A DNA stretch of 64,000 nucleotides from a virus. The stretch is from positions 9,110-73,109 of IMG/VR virus record IMGVR_UViG_3300028830_000319, one strand, 5' to 3'. Positions within the stretch are counted from its first letter, which is position 1. Every line of letters begins with the position of its first letter. The notes beneath the pieces were generated by a model, which was not told the DNA's origin, did not search any database, and worked only from the letters and a program-made list of their open reading frames with translations. Of this stretch, positions 9,860 through 19,953 are shown one piece after another. The position numbers and the translations under genes were made by a program.

Positions 9860-10342
9860 CTACGTTTGCGTGCCGAAGACGCCGGAGTTGTTACAGAACA
9901 GGCGTTGACGCATCGGCACGACGCGCAGGTCAGGCGCGTACAAGATCCCGACCGGGAATCCTTCCGCCAAAATCGCCTTGGGGTGCGTCTGCGAGGCCGG
10001 AGCGCTCGCTGCAGGGGTACCCGCGACGGCGGTCATCACCAGAGAGCCGGCCATGGCCGACAGCAGCCGGCCGACAACGCCTTGCGTCAGATACGAGCTA
10101 CCATAGGGCCACAACAGGCCAGCCGCGCCGGCCGCATTATGCTCGATCAGCGTGTAGCTGGCGAACATAGCCATGCCGCGGAAGATCCCGTCTTGGGGAG
10201 TGTCGGCGAACGTGTCGCCGGTCACGGGTTTGGCAAACACCTGGTGCTCGATGGTCAAGCCGGCCGCCGTCTGACCGATGGAGAGCGCGGAGCCAGCCGG
10301 CGCCGTGTACGTACCGGTGTACTGACCTGCAAGAAATCCCAT
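9860..10342 (-). CDS. Putative major tail tube protein
   Basis: 160 aa, beta-rich, lies between the tail-completion and tape-measure-like genes. Confidence 0.55.
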   Translation of the reverse strand: MGFLAGQYTGTYTAPAGSALSIGQTAAGLTIEHQVFAKPVTGDTFADTPQDGIFRGMAMFASYTLIEHNAAGAAGLLWPYGSSYLTQGVVGRLLSAMAGSLVMTAVAGTPAASAPASQTHPKAILAEGFPVGILYAPDLRVVPMRQRLFCNNSGVFGTQT

Positions 10343-10357
10343 GGTGTATCGACCTCA

Positions 10358-10807
10358 CTATTTAATGGGTACAGGCGTGGTGATGGGCTGACCAAGCACG
10401 CGAAACATCGGGATCCCAAGCTTTTCGGCCGCGTCCAGGCAGCCCGGGCAATTCGCCTGCGCTGGGCTATCCGTGGCGGCTTCACCGTTGGATGGCGTTG
10501 CCAAGTGATCGCGCGACTTGTCGCAGGCTAAGCGATAGCGAGCAAACTGGCCTGGGATCGGCCCCTTTGGGTCTGGAATTAGCAGATGCACAAGCACGCG
10601 CTTTTGCACATGCGGATAGCCGATAGATCCGCATTTCGGGCAGACCGGCCCATCGGCTGGGAACGCGAAGTCACGTCGCTTTGGCGGTCGGCAACCAGGG
10701 TTCAGGCAGACCCAAACCGTCGGCTGCTTGGTGGTCTGGTCAGGATGCACCACGATCTCGCCCATGTTGTCCGATGGCGGATTGTAGGGGTCGAATTCTT
10801 GGCTCAT
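10358..10807 (-). CDS. Cys-rich putative Zn-binding protein in the tail operon
   Basis: CLNPGC, CPKCG, ACD...H, CPGC. Confidence 0.55.
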   Translation of the reverse strand: MSQEFDPYNPPSDNMGEIVVHPDQTTKQPTVWVCLNPGCRPPKRRDFAFPADGPVCPKCGSIGYPHVQKRVLVHLLIPDPKGPIPGQFARYRLACDKSRDHLATPSNGEAATDSPAQANCPGCLDAAEKLGIPMFRVLGQPITTPVPIK

Positions 10808-11379
10808 GTCAATTTCAACCTTTCTGGGCCCTTGAACATCGTCTGGATCCGCCGCGCGCCGGAGTATCTGGCGATCCGCTTCAGCCCGGCGCGCTCTTCG
10901 CCGTGATGTCCGGCAAAATATTCCGCGCCAACCATGGCTGGAGTCGACAGTCCCGCGAACTTTGCTGGTTCGGAGAATCCTTGTCGAAACGGTCCGCTCA
11001 GGCTAGATGTTTCGTCGCAATAGAGACTCGCCGCGTTGATCAGGTCGTAGTCAAAATGGATCTCCGCGCGGATGAGTTTGTGGATCGTGTTTAAACCGGT
11101 GATCTCGTCGAGCATCAATCCGCGGCTGCGGTCACGTGGCAAGCGCGGCGCACGGTTCACCACCGCCACGGCAAATTCAACAATCTCGTCCAGCACTCCG
11201 CCGCTTTTCTGGTTGTGGGGACCTGGCGTCACGGGCCCGGGGATAATCGACACGTAAAAATGGCTAGCGATGGCCGGCGGAAGCTCGTCGTATTCGACCG
11301 CGCACTGCGTGGCCGTGTACCCCAGCGCCGTGCGGAGCCGGTCTTGTACAGCCAGCAATAGTGCCGATTGACTATCCAT
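10804..11379 (-). CDS. Putative tail completion/terminator protein
   Basis: ATG overlaps the upstream stop (TAATG); position after the neck gene. Confidence 0.55.
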   Translation of the reverse strand: MDSQSALLLAVQDRLRTALGYTATQCAVEYDELPPAIASHFYVSIIPGPVTPGPHNQKSGGVLDEIVEFAVAVVNRAPRLPRDRSRGLMLDEITGLNTIHKLIRAEIHFDYDLINAASLYCDETSSLSGPFRQGFSEPAKFAGLSTPAMVGAEYFAGHHGEERAGLKRIARYSGARRIQTMFKGPERLKLT

Positions 11380-12215
11380 TACGCCGCTCCGTCCCGGTAA
11401 ACGTCCTCGCTCGCAATCTTGAGCGCGGCCAAGCCGACCCCCAGCCAACGCTGCCACCAAACGGCCGGGATTTGAGCAGCGTTGTCCGGAAAGATCTGCC
11501 GCTTCGGCAGTCTGCCAGGCACGCCATTGTTGTGGGCCCCGGCCCGCGGGTCGTTGGTGCCAACAATAATGCGAGCGCCTTGAGCATCGAACACCTGCTT
11601 GTCGCCGCCTTCGCCCGACGGTTTGGAATAGGCCATTGCCGGCGGCGTGCCACTCAGCACACCCGGCGACAGGCTATTGAGCATGACTCCGGTGTCTCTC
11701 AAAATCTGGACCTTCCGCGATCCATAAACCTCCAGCTTCGTCTGGGCGCCTTCCCGCTTGATTACTGCCCAGGCGATCTGCGCTGCACGTGCCTTTGCCT
11801 CTTTGACTGGCAGTGACAGCGACAATCGATTGAAGTTGCGGGCGAAGATCTGCTTCCATCGCTCGAGCTGCGCCTTGGTGAGCAACCCGCGATTGCCCCC
11901 CGGGGCGAATGCATGCCCGCGCCCGAGGCCCGCGGCCTTTTTGAGCGTCGCCTGTTCTCGCGGTCCAAATCGTCGCGAATAGGCCTTGGTCTTGGGAGAC
12001 AAATCGGGCCACGAGACCCCCATTTCGTCCGTTCCACCGTCCGCCTTGGTCACATAGGCGTCTTTGATATCGCTCAAGGCCGCGAAGCCAAGCGACAATA
12101 AGAAGCCCTCGCGCACCTGGTGCGAATCCTGCTGACGGCCAACGAGGATATCGCGCAGCCGATAGGCCAGGCGAATCACGTCCCGTCGGCTGCCTTGGAA
12201 ATACACCGGTGCCAT
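11379..12215 (-). CDS. Virion morphogenesis/neck protein (Mu gpG-like)
   Basis: ILRDTGVMLNSL, IIVGTNDPRAGAHNNG, LPKRQIF motifs. Confidence 0.75.
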   Translation of the reverse strand: MAPVYFQGSRRDVIRLAYRLRDILVGRQQDSHQVREGFLLSLGFAALSDIKDAYVTKADGGTDEMGVSWPDLSPKTKAYSRRFGPREQATLKKAAGLGRGHAFAPGGNRGLLTKAQLERWKQIFARNFNRLSLSLPVKEAKARAAQIAWAVIKREGAQTKLEVYGSRKVQILRDTGVMLNSLSPGVLSGTPPAMAYSKPSGEGGDKQVFDAQGARIIVGTNDPRAGAHNNGVPGRLPKRQIFPDNAAQIPAVWWQRWLGVGLAALKIASEDVYRDGAA

Positions 12216-12225
12216 AGTTTCACGA

Positions 12226-12729
12226 TCACGGGTAAACGCCGCCCAGGTTTGTATCGAAGTTCTGGCCGCGGACGCTCGGCGCCGGGCTGCTGGTCGTTTG
12301 CTGCACGCGAATCTTGGACTGCACGTATCGTCGATCGACTCGCAGGTTGCTCATGGTCGGACTCAAATCTCCCGACATGGGCACGCCAGGCAGACGGAGC
12401 TGGCCGTCGAGAATCGCCTGGAGCTTGGCCATGATCCGATCGAACTCGATTTGCATCGCCTCGGGCGCGGGATTGCCCCGGGTAATGCAAAGGAAGTAGC
12501 CCGAGAGCTCGATCGCCCATCGCTTGATCAGGTCGGAGCCCGCCAGCGCAGCGCTGCTGTACCACTGTCGCGCATAGATGTCGATCTCGTCCGACCCCTG
12601 GTTGATTGCATCCGCCACGACGTTGTCATCGCCCGTGCCGTCATCGTCGTGGTCCGACCATTCCAGCACGGCGGCGGCGGAGTATTTCCGCTCCAGATCC
12701 GCCTTCGTGCAATAGGCCGTGACGGGCAT
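12226..12729 (-). CDS. Head-tail connector (Mu gp36/DUF1320-like)
   Basis: YCTKADLERKY, AINQGSDEIDIYARQWY, YFLCITRG. Confidence 0.8.
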   Translation of the reverse strand: MPVTAYCTKADLERKYSAAAVLEWSDHDDDGTGDDNVVADAINQGSDEIDIYARQWYSSAALAGSDLIKRWAIELSGYFLCITRGNPAPEAMQIEFDRIMAKLQAILDGQLRLPGVPMSGDLSPTMSNLRVDRRYVQSKIRVQQTTSSPAPSVRGQNFDTNLGGVYP

Positions 12730-12744
12730 GTTCGGTAGATCCAC

Positions 12745-12781
12745 AAAAAAAGGCTGACCGGCGATGGACTGCCGATCAGCC
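12745..12781 (-). terminator. Intrinsic terminator after the head genes
   Basis: 11-bp stem (GGCTGATCGGC/GCCGGTCAGCC, one G-U) followed by T7 on the minus strand. Confidence 0.8.
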
Positions 12782-12808
12782 GGGATTGTTTCGTTGGTTG
12801 GCGACGGA

Positions 12809-13225
12809 CTAGCTCAGCTTGCCATCGCTCGATAACGGCAGCCAGTAAGCCTCGAAATTGATCTGGCCGCCGGTAACAGCCGCCACGGCCACCGTACCCA
12901 CAATGTTCAGATTGCACACCCGGTTGACTAAGGCAGCGGCAACGCCCGTAGCCGGCGATGTCGAGGCCCAAATCAGGCCAGCCGTAATGCTGGTGCCGGT
13001 CGTGGCCGCGATGAGGCCACCCGTGTTGCCGGCACATCCGAGCGCCAGGGTCGCGCTAGCTCCGGTCAGAGTAGTGATGCAGCGAGCGGAGATAACCTGG
13101 AGCCAGATCAAGCCCGTGACAGTGAAGATGTTAAAGCTGCCGATGCCGCCCGTGGCCGAGCCATCAAACACGATGGACTTGTTCCAACGTCGCGGAACTC
13201 GGGTATAGGCTGCTGGATTGGGCAT
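12809..13225 (-). CDS. Minor head/structural protein
   Basis: 138 aa, beta-rich, directly after the capsid gene. Confidence 0.55.
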   Translation of the reverse strand: MPNPAAYTRVPRRWNKSIVFDGSATGGIGSFNIFTVTGLIWLQVISARCITTLTGASATLALGCAGNTGGLIAATTGTSITAGLIWASTSPATGVAAALVNRVCNLNIVGTVAVAAVTGGQINFEAYWLPLSSDGKLS

Positions 13226-13287
13226 GATTGGCGATCTCGCAAAAAGTGGTCAGGTAAAACCGTCCGCGCGACTGTTTCTCACCTTGC

Positions 13288-14448
13288 TTAGAAGCCAGTG
13301 ACGGTCGCGTAGGCGGTCGAAGCGGGGACGTAGTTCACGGCCAACGCATTGTCGAGCGTGAACATTTCCCAGCCGGTCGGGTTGCTGCTGGTCTTGGTCC
13401 ACGACGCCAGGCCCATCTTTTGTTGGATCGGACCGTTGTCATATTCGGCGATCGGCTCACTGCCCAGCAGCATGTTGAAGTTGTCCTCGGTCGGCGTACC
13501 CATGAAGAGCACCTTGCCGGCCTCAATGTGCGGCTGATAGGTTTCGGATCCTTCGGGCCCGAGCATCAAGCCATTATCGGTGATGTGCCAGGTGATCCAC
13601 GGTGCGCATCGCAGACGCCCCAGGAACGCATTGATGGGCGTGCCGTCGGGGCCTTGTCCAACCTCGCGGGTGAACTCGGAAAACGCCGTGTTCGCAATAC
13701 CGCCCTGTTGGGCAACGAAATCGTTGTTGCAGACATTCATCCATGTGTCAGCGTTGCAAACCGCATGCTCAAGGCGCCCGCCCCAAGCTCGCAAGAATCC
13801 AACGTTAATACGCGACAGATGCAGCGGAATATTGGCGCTCGGATTCTCCCACGGCATGTCGATGATCGACGAGCCATAGACGCTCGTGCCGCCCTGGTCA
13901 ACCATGTTGAGCTGGTTCTTGTTGCCGGCCGGCATTTGCGACGAAATTTGGTACAACGCACCGGTCGGCGAATAGGTGAAATACCAGTCATCACCGCTGG
14001 TGGCCACATAGAGGCGATCGGTCAGCATGCCGAACATCTGCGCGGTGCGCCAGTTGCCAGCACGTTGTCCGGGCGGAACCGATTGCCGGCGAATGAAGTC
14101 TTCGCCAGCCAGGTCGCGCACGGCGCTGGGGCCGCCGATCGAGCGGACATTGCTGATTTCCTCGTAGCTCAGGAACACTTCTTCGTGGAGCCGAGGAAAG
14201 GTGAACGGAACACGGCCAACCGGATTGCGGGCACGGCGAGCCGCGGCGGTTGCCGGAGCCCGGCCCTTACCGGTCGTGCGCACGTTGTTGAAGATGTCAT
14301 AGGCGGCATCACGGCCACCGACGGGACGCTCGAGGCGTCCGCCAGGTTGCATGCCCATGAACAGCAGGAATGGGTCGACAGCGGCCGCGATGCGGCTCAC
14401 GACCTTCGTGATCGTTACTGGACGCAGAATGTCTTGGAAGGCTGCCAC
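13288..14448 (-). CDS. Major capsid protein (lambda gpE-like); probable GTG start
   Basis: Position after protease and decoration genes; about 386 aa; FTFPRLHEEVFL segment. Confidence 0.8.
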   Translation of the reverse strand: MAAFQDILRPVTITKVVSRIAAAVDPFLLFMGMQPGGRLERPVGGRDAAYDIFNNVRTTGKGRAPATAAARRARNPVGRVPFTFPRLHEEVFLSYEEISNVRSIGGPSAVRDLAGEDFIRRQSVPPGQRAGNWRTAQMFGMLTDRLYVATSGDDWYFTYSPTGALYQISSQMPAGNKNQLNMVDQGGTSVYGSSIIDMPWENPSANIPLHLSRINVGFLRAWGGRLEHAVCNADTWMNVCNNDFVAQQGGIANTAFSEFTREVGQGPDGTPINAFLGRLRCAPWITWHITDNGLMLGPEGSETYQPHIEAGKVLFMGTPTEDNFNMLLGSEPIAEYDNGPIQQKMGLASWTKTSSNPTGWEMFTLDNALAVNYVPASTAYATVTGF

Positions 14449-14588
14449 AGCAGAATCTCCACGACCTTCCCCAGAGGCGCTGTCTCCCCCGTTATGCACT
14501 CGGCTTCACTCCCAGGGGGATGGGAGTCTTCAGGCTGCAGACCCTAGCCGAAATGTTTCGTTAAACGACGCCTGTTGGCGCCGACGGA

Positions 14589-15365
14589 TTACGCGATGGT
14601 GAGCGTGTTGGAGCAAGGAACTTGAGCGATCCACAGCGAGCCGGCCGGATTGCTGAAGATCTCGACAACCGCGCCTTTCTTCTGGCTCGAAGTCGAGAAC
14701 GTCAGGCTGGAGCCAGCGATCGTTCCGGCCGCGACAATGTTGCTGCCTTCGGCGGATGCGACGATCATGTTCTGATCGACGATGTTCACGAACCGGAAGT
14801 AAAGGCCCGGGCCAATCGCCGGCAGAGTGAAGGTCAACGCGCCGCTGCCGTTGGCCAAAAAGACCGTCCCCGTGTCGCCAGCCAAAACCGTATAGCTGTT
14901 GGTTTTGGTGACAACATTCGGCGGAACGAATTTGGCCGATACGTTGTCGTCGTCAAACAGGAATGCTCGGCTCATCTGCGAACGAGCCAAGGCATCCAGC
15001 CCGATCAACTGGCCGGCCATGACAGGACCGCCCACGATGATTGGAACCACGCGATCGGCGTTCACGCCCGCGAAGTCGACCGTCATGATTTCGTAGGGCA
15101 GTACGGCGCGAGCGATCTGGCTGCCATCGGTGGCCGACTTGGAATATGGGACATACTTGCCCGTCGCGGTGACTTTACCCAGCACCAAACCGGCGCGAAG
15201 CACGGTGGTCGGCGTGTTGGCTGCATCGGTCGACCCGCCGGCAATCAAGGCACTTGCGTACAGTACGTTGCCTTTGGCCGCGTCGCCGCCCCAGATCACA
15301 TTGCGTTCGACCGTGATGTCTTGCACACCCGATCCAGGAACGCCCCATCCACCAAGTCGAGTCAT
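14589..15365 (-). CDS. Head decoration protein (gpD-like) with extra C-terminal beta domain
   Basis: LRAGLVLGKVTATGKYVPY...DGSQIARAVL; C-terminal YTVLAGDTG...TFTLPA module. Confidence 0.8.
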   Translation of the reverse strand: MTRLGGWGVPGSGVQDITVERNVIWGGDAAKGNVLYASALIAGGSTDAANTPTTVLRAGLVLGKVTATGKYVPYSKSATDGSQIARAVLPYEIMTVDFAGVNADRVVPIIVGGPVMAGQLIGLDALARSQMSRAFLFDDDNVSAKFVPPNVVTKTNSYTVLAGDTGTVFLANGSGALTFTLPAIGPGLYFRFVNIVDQNMIVASAEGSNIVAAGTIAGSSLTFSTSSQKKGAVVEIFSNPAGSLWIAQVPCSNTLTIA

Positions 15366-15441
15366 GGCTATGCGCCTTGTGTTGTCGTGAGATTAAACGG
15401 TGTATTTGCCGCGTCGCGGCGTCATGCCGCGCTATCCAGCG

Positions 15442-16674
15442 CTAAGCCGCGCTACTGGCCGGCTTGTGTTTCTTGAAGATCCGGTCGACCAGTTGTTCGG
15501 CCTCGGCGTCGCTGATTTCGTCGCCCGTGAGCTCGCGCGGCGCGGTCGCTTCTTGCACGGATTGGCCCATGCGCGTAACTCGAGTCTGGGGGTCCCATGC
15601 TGCGCCGACGGGCAAGACCTCGCGTGATTCCATGAACTTCTCGACGCCGCTCTTGTTCGGCTCGCCGTCCTTGGACAGGCTCAATCGAACTGCGCCGAGC
15701 GCCGACTTGTGCTGCTCGTGCTCGGCCGGAGTGCACCGACCGCTCTTGAGCAGGTCATCGAGCCGACTTTGCAGGCTGCCGCGGTATTGCCGCTCGGCGA
15801 AAGCGTGTGCGGTATTGGCCCGCAGGCTCATCGCCTGGAAGGCCGGAGACGATTCGGTTGCTGAGGCCATGGGGTCTTCCTCGGTCTCTTGCTCGTCGTC
15901 TTTCTTGGCGCGGGCCGCTTCGGCGGTCAGGAGCGCGACCAAGAGTCGTTCGACGAAGTTTGTTTGATCGGTGTCGGCGGGAAGTGCCAGGCCGTGCGCC
16001 GGCAGGTGGGCCAGCACAGCTTTGAGCTGCTGGTCGTCTGCCTTCTCGCCGCCCTCCTTGGGGAGGTCCGGATTTTCGTCGGTTTCTTCGGTCTCGCTGG
16101 CCGTTTTGGTGTCTTCGACTTCTTCGTTCTCGTTGTCGGTGGCCATGCGATACACCTGTGGTTTGCCGATATCCAAGCCCGTCCGCAGCGAACAGGCGAT
16201 GACTTGTTGTTCTTCGACGCGTTCGAACGGCGCCTGTTTGCCTTCAACCGGATGCAGCACCAGGTCGACATGCGTGATCACGTCCTTCCAGACGTTGCCA
16301 CTGCCGTCCTTCCAGTTGCTGAAGATCACGGGCGACACTTCGACCAGGTCCTTCGAAGCCTTGTCGACCGCGGCGTCATCGCGAAGATCCAGCATCAGCT
16401 CGGCGCTTTTGCCGTCTTCAGCGACTTGAAAGCCAGCGAGCCAGCCGACGCCGTCTTGAGCCGACGGGTCTTTGCCCGGGTCGACCGTGACCGGCAGTGC
16501 GTCCTTCGGGTCGGTGGCGTGATTGAAGGCCGAAGGCATCCGCAGACCAGACGCCTGCATCGCGGCGAATTGGTCGGCCCAGTGTTTCAGCCTTTCGGGC
16601 GTGACACTGAGGGTGCCATCGGGACTTTGGTGGTCACCGACTTTGAGGATCGCTTTTTTCTTGAAGAGCGGCAT
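15442..16674 (-). CDS. Capsid maturation protease/scaffold (Mu gpI-like)
   Basis: N-terminal domain with AFNH, GWL, EVSPV, ITHVDLVLHP; acidic linker and helical scaffold C-terminus. Confidence 0.75.
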   Translation of the reverse strand: MPLFKKKAILKVGDHQSPDGTLSVTPERLKHWADQFAAMQASGLRMPSAFNHATDPKDALPVTVDPGKDPSAQDGVGWLAGFQVAEDGKSAELMLDLRDDAAVDKASKDLVEVSPVIFSNWKDGSGNVWKDVITHVDLVLHPVEGKQAPFERVEEQQVIACSLRTGLDIGKPQVYRMATDNENEEVEDTKTASETEETDENPDLPKEGGEKADDQQLKAVLAHLPAHGLALPADTDQTNFVERLLVALLTAEAARAKKDDEQETEEDPMASATESSPAFQAMSLRANTAHAFAERQYRGSLQSRLDDLLKSGRCTPAEHEQHKSALGAVRLSLSKDGEPNKSGVEKFMESREVLPVGAAWDPQTRVTRMGQSVQEATAPRELTGDEISDAEAEQLVDRIFKKHKPASSAA

Positions 16675-16841
16675 GCCCCGAAATTAGGCGAGGCTTGCGA
16701 AAGTGAGAAATCGTTTGCGCAACAAATGGTGCAGCGTGGTGCGCTTTGTGGCAAAAAGAGTTGAAAAAAACTTGCTCAGCGTCGGTGCGAGTGTGAAGAT
16801 AACGGCCCACCATCTCGCAACCCTCCTAGAAGACGAATGAA

Positions 16842-17525
16842 ATGTGCGGACGATTCAATCTGAAAACCAACCCGCGCATATTCGGCGACTTTTTTTCAGT
16901 CGCGGGCAATCTCGACATTGAGTGGCGTCCCTCTTACAACATCGCCCCGACCCAAAACGTCGTTTGCGTTCGCGACGCTGACCAGCGGGAATTCTTCAAG
17001 GCCCGTTGGGGCCTGATCCCAAGCTGGGCCAAAGACGCCAAGATTGGTGCAAGCTGCATCAATGCCAGGGTCGAAACCGTGGACACGAAGCCGGCCTTTC
17101 GATCAGCGTTCAAGAAACGGCGGTGCCTGGTCATGGCCGATGGCTTCTACGAGTGGCGGCGGAGCGACAAACAGCCGTTTTTCATTAGCCTGCAATCTGG
17201 CGAACAAATGGCATTCGCTGGCCTCTGGGAAACATGGAAATCTCCTGAAGGACTGGTCGAGAGCTGCACGATTTGCACCACCGACGCCAACGACATGATG
17301 GGCCGGCTTCACGATCGGATGCCAATCATCTTACCGCGGGCGATTGTGGATCACTGGCTGGATCCGAAGGTCAGTGACGCAGACGAATTGAAGCCGATGC
17401 TGCGGCAGTTCCCGGGCGAAGAGATGCAAGCATGGCCGGTAGCTAAGGCCGTGGGCAATGTCCGCAATCAGGGGCCCGAATTGATGGAGCCGATCGGACC
17501 GGCCGAGGATGTCGATTTTGCTTGA
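16842..17525 (+). CDS. SRAP/HMCES (YedK-like) abasic-site protecting protein
   Basis: Begins MCGRF; YNIAPTQ, INARVET, RCLVMADGFYEW, HDRMP. Confidence 0.95.
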   Translation: MCGRFNLKTNPRIFGDFFSVAGNLDIEWRPSYNIAPTQNVVCVRDADQREFFKARWGLIPSWAKDAKIGASCINARVETVDTKPAFRSAFKKRRCLVMADGFYEWRRSDKQPFFISLQSGEQMAFAGLWETWKSPEGLVESCTICTTDANDMMGRLHDRMPIILPRAIVDHWLDPKVSDADELKPMLRQFPGEEMQAWPVAKAVGNVRNQGPELMEPIGPAEDVDFA

Positions 17526-17759
17526 TTCCAATCCTCGGTCTCTAAGCGGCCGGTTCCTGCGTGTCTGTCCCAGCCGTCCCGCGCGTCGCAATTCTGACTG
17601 GCCTTTTATTCCCCATAACCGGAAAACCCAGATAACTGTGACGTTTGCTCTTGTGTCGGCATGTTTTTGCTGCTATTTCGCCATCTGTTCACTTGAATCT
17701 GTGATTTTATCTCCGATACTGGTGACGGGCCTCATTCACCCGCTCCGACGGATATCGCT

Positions 17760-19154
17760 ATGCTCATCTCATTTTCAGTTGCCAACTTCCGCTCTTTCGG
17801 AGAGGAAGTGACTCTAAATATGGTCGCGAGCAATAAGCTCTCAGATCACGAGAACCACTTGGTGCCAATTGGCGACACGGGAAGATCGGCCCTCAGGACG
17901 TCCATAGTCTATGGAGCCAACGCTGCCGGGAAATCCAACTTAGTGCGAGCAATAGAATTCGCACAGCGAATGGTATGCGGCGGAACTGACGGCCCGCGGT
18001 TCGCAACTCCATTTGGCTTTGGCGCGGAATGGAAAACCAAGCCAAGCTCTTTTGAATTCCGGTTCCTCGTCGACACCCATGTGTTCATTTACGGGTTTGA
18101 CATTATGGGTAATCGATTCGTTGGTGAATGGCTTAGCCTACTGACCCGGGGCGACAATGAGGTTGCGCTGTTTAACCGCAATGAGCAAGACAAGGTGACT
18201 ATTGAAGAAGTCAATGTTAAACGGTTTTTTGGCTCTGATGTAGTCATGCGCAATACGCTGGATATTCTTTCTCAGATCCCGTTGAGACCTGACCAGCTTT
18301 TCCTGAAAAGAGTACTGAGCCTTCCGGATGCAGCGCAAGGCAAAACGATGCTTTCGATTATCCGCTGGTTCACAAAGACCTTACTTGTACTGCCTGTTGA
18401 ATCTCGTTGGTCAGGGTTGTTTGATCGCTTGCAAAACGACGAAAGGTTCACGGACTTTTGCTCGCGGTTCCTGAGCAATGTGGGAACTGGAGTCGGGCGC
18501 TTGAACCTTTTAACCCAAGAGCGTGAAGGGCAAGAATGGGAAAAGCATGTGATTGAGCGCATGGCTACGATGGGCAGCCGCTACAAGGACCCATTCTTTG
18601 AAGCCGATTCCGATATTATCGAAGTCCCCGATAATCCCGGTATGGTCATAGAGCGCAAGCTGCTTTCTGAGCATCATATTTCTCCGAACAAATATCATCT
18701 ACCCTTCTCAGAGGAGTCTGATGGAACCCAATCCCTTCTCCATCTTATGCCTATTCTTGCTTCTCCTCCCGATGAGTCGCTTGTGGTTGTGATCGACGAG
18801 CTGGATCGCAGTCTGCATCCTCTTATCTGCTGGGAGTTTGTTCGGTTCTTCAGTGAATCATGCCTTGGAGCGCATCGTCAGCTTATTGTGACAACCCATG
18901 AAGCTCACTTGTTAAACCAGGAGTTGCTCCGGCGAGATGAGTACTGGTTTGCAGAGAAAGACGCTCGCCAACAGACACAGCTTACTTCTCTTATAGACTT
19001 TAAAATCCGGAGCGATCTCAAAGTCGACAAGGGGTACTTAAACGGTCGATTCGGGGCTATTCCTTTGATTGGTGGGATGCACGAACTCGAAAGGCTCCTT
19101 GAGTGCGGCAATGAAGGGGAGGCTGGCAATGCCACCGAAGCATCGTCCACTTGA
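17760..19154 (+). CDS. RloA-like AAA/ABC ATPase (AAA_21 family)
   Basis: YGANAAGKSN Walker A, EESDGT signature, VIDELDRSLHP, TTH. Confidence 0.85.
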   Translation: MLISFSVANFRSFGEEVTLNMVASNKLSDHENHLVPIGDTGRSALRTSIVYGANAAGKSNLVRAIEFAQRMVCGGTDGPRFATPFGFGAEWKTKPSSFEFRFLVDTHVFIYGFDIMGNRFVGEWLSLLTRGDNEVALFNRNEQDKVTIEEVNVKRFFGSDVVMRNTLDILSQIPLRPDQLFLKRVLSLPDAAQGKTMLSIIRWFTKTLLVLPVESRWSGLFDRLQNDERFTDFCSRFLSNVGTGVGRLNLLTQEREGQEWEKHVIERMATMGSRYKDPFFEADSDIIEVPDNPGMVIERKLLSEHHISPNKYHLPFSEESDGTQSLLHLMPILASPPDESLVVVIDELDRSLHPLICWEFVRFFSESCLGAHRQLIVTTHEAHLLNQELLRRDEYWFAEKDARQQTQLTSLIDFKIRSDLKVDKGYLNGRFGAIPLIGGMHELERLLECGNEGEAGNATEASST

Positions 19155-19746
19155 CAGAGAAAGCGGAATAGAACGTGACGCAAGTCTTGTCGTTATCGCA
19201 TCCGAGGACAGGTATGCCGCATCTCAATATTTCGGACGATTCAGAACACGCAAAGTCAAAATAATTGTCGACCATACCGCAGACAACAATTCATCTCCGT
19301 CGCATGTCCTGGAACGGTTGCGCAATAAGGTAAGGGAGCTAGAAACTGCTGAGGGAGACTCATTCTGGATTTGCATTGATCGCGATAGGTGGAAGACACA
19401 CACGATCGGAAAGGTGATTCACGAGTGCCGGAAGCGGAATTTCAAGCCTGCAATAAGTCATCCATGCTTTGAATTTTGGGTGCTGCTACATTTTCAAGAA
19501 CCTGCAGACATCAATCACACTTCATGCGAAAACGTCTGCCGATTATTGCGAGAACATCTTGGGGGAGGCTATGGGAAGGAGTGCTGTCGGACAGCATCCA
19601 TCACTAAAGAGATGGTAGCTGCGGCAATGGAACGAGCTCGTTCTATCGACCCGAACGATGACAATGTGCCGTCAGTCAACATGACACATGTCTATAAAAT
19701 CCTCGAAGAAATCGTGAACAAGGATGGAATAATTAACTTTTCCTAG
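19129..19746 (+). CDS. RloB-like (TOPRIM-fold) protein
   Basis: VIASED, WICIDRD, SHPCFEFWVLLHF; overlaps the ATPase gene; RBS GGGGAGG. Confidence 0.85.
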   Translation: MPPKHRPLDRESGIERDASLVVIASEDRYAASQYFGRFRTRKVKIIVDHTADNNSSPSHVLERLRNKVRELETAEGDSFWICIDRDRWKTHTIGKVIHECRKRNFKPAISHPCFEFWVLLHFQEPADINHTSCENVCRLLREHLGGGYGKECCRTASITKEMVAAAMERARSIDPNDDNVPSVNMTHVYKILEEIVNKDGIINFS

Positions 19747-19953
19747 CTGCCAACTAGAGAGGTCCATCTTGGTCAATCGGAGCCGCGCGACTTGATATCC
19801 CAATCGGCTTTCGATTGTTGGTTGCCAGAGCGGTTGGATAATTCCAAGCAAAGCCGAGCGACTTCAGCACTCCGCCGCGCTCTGACGCTCCGTGCTCGCT
19901 GCATCGCTTTGCGATCAAAGATTTGAATGGCCGGTTTCATTCCCGTTACCACT

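Noticed and set aside
13420-14547. 375-aa plus-strand ORF (also 15889..16764, 54270..55277, 22468..23682, 44075..44929 and many similar)
   Set aside because: Antisense or alternate-frame shadows of well-supported genes in GC-rich DNA; no motifs or RBS
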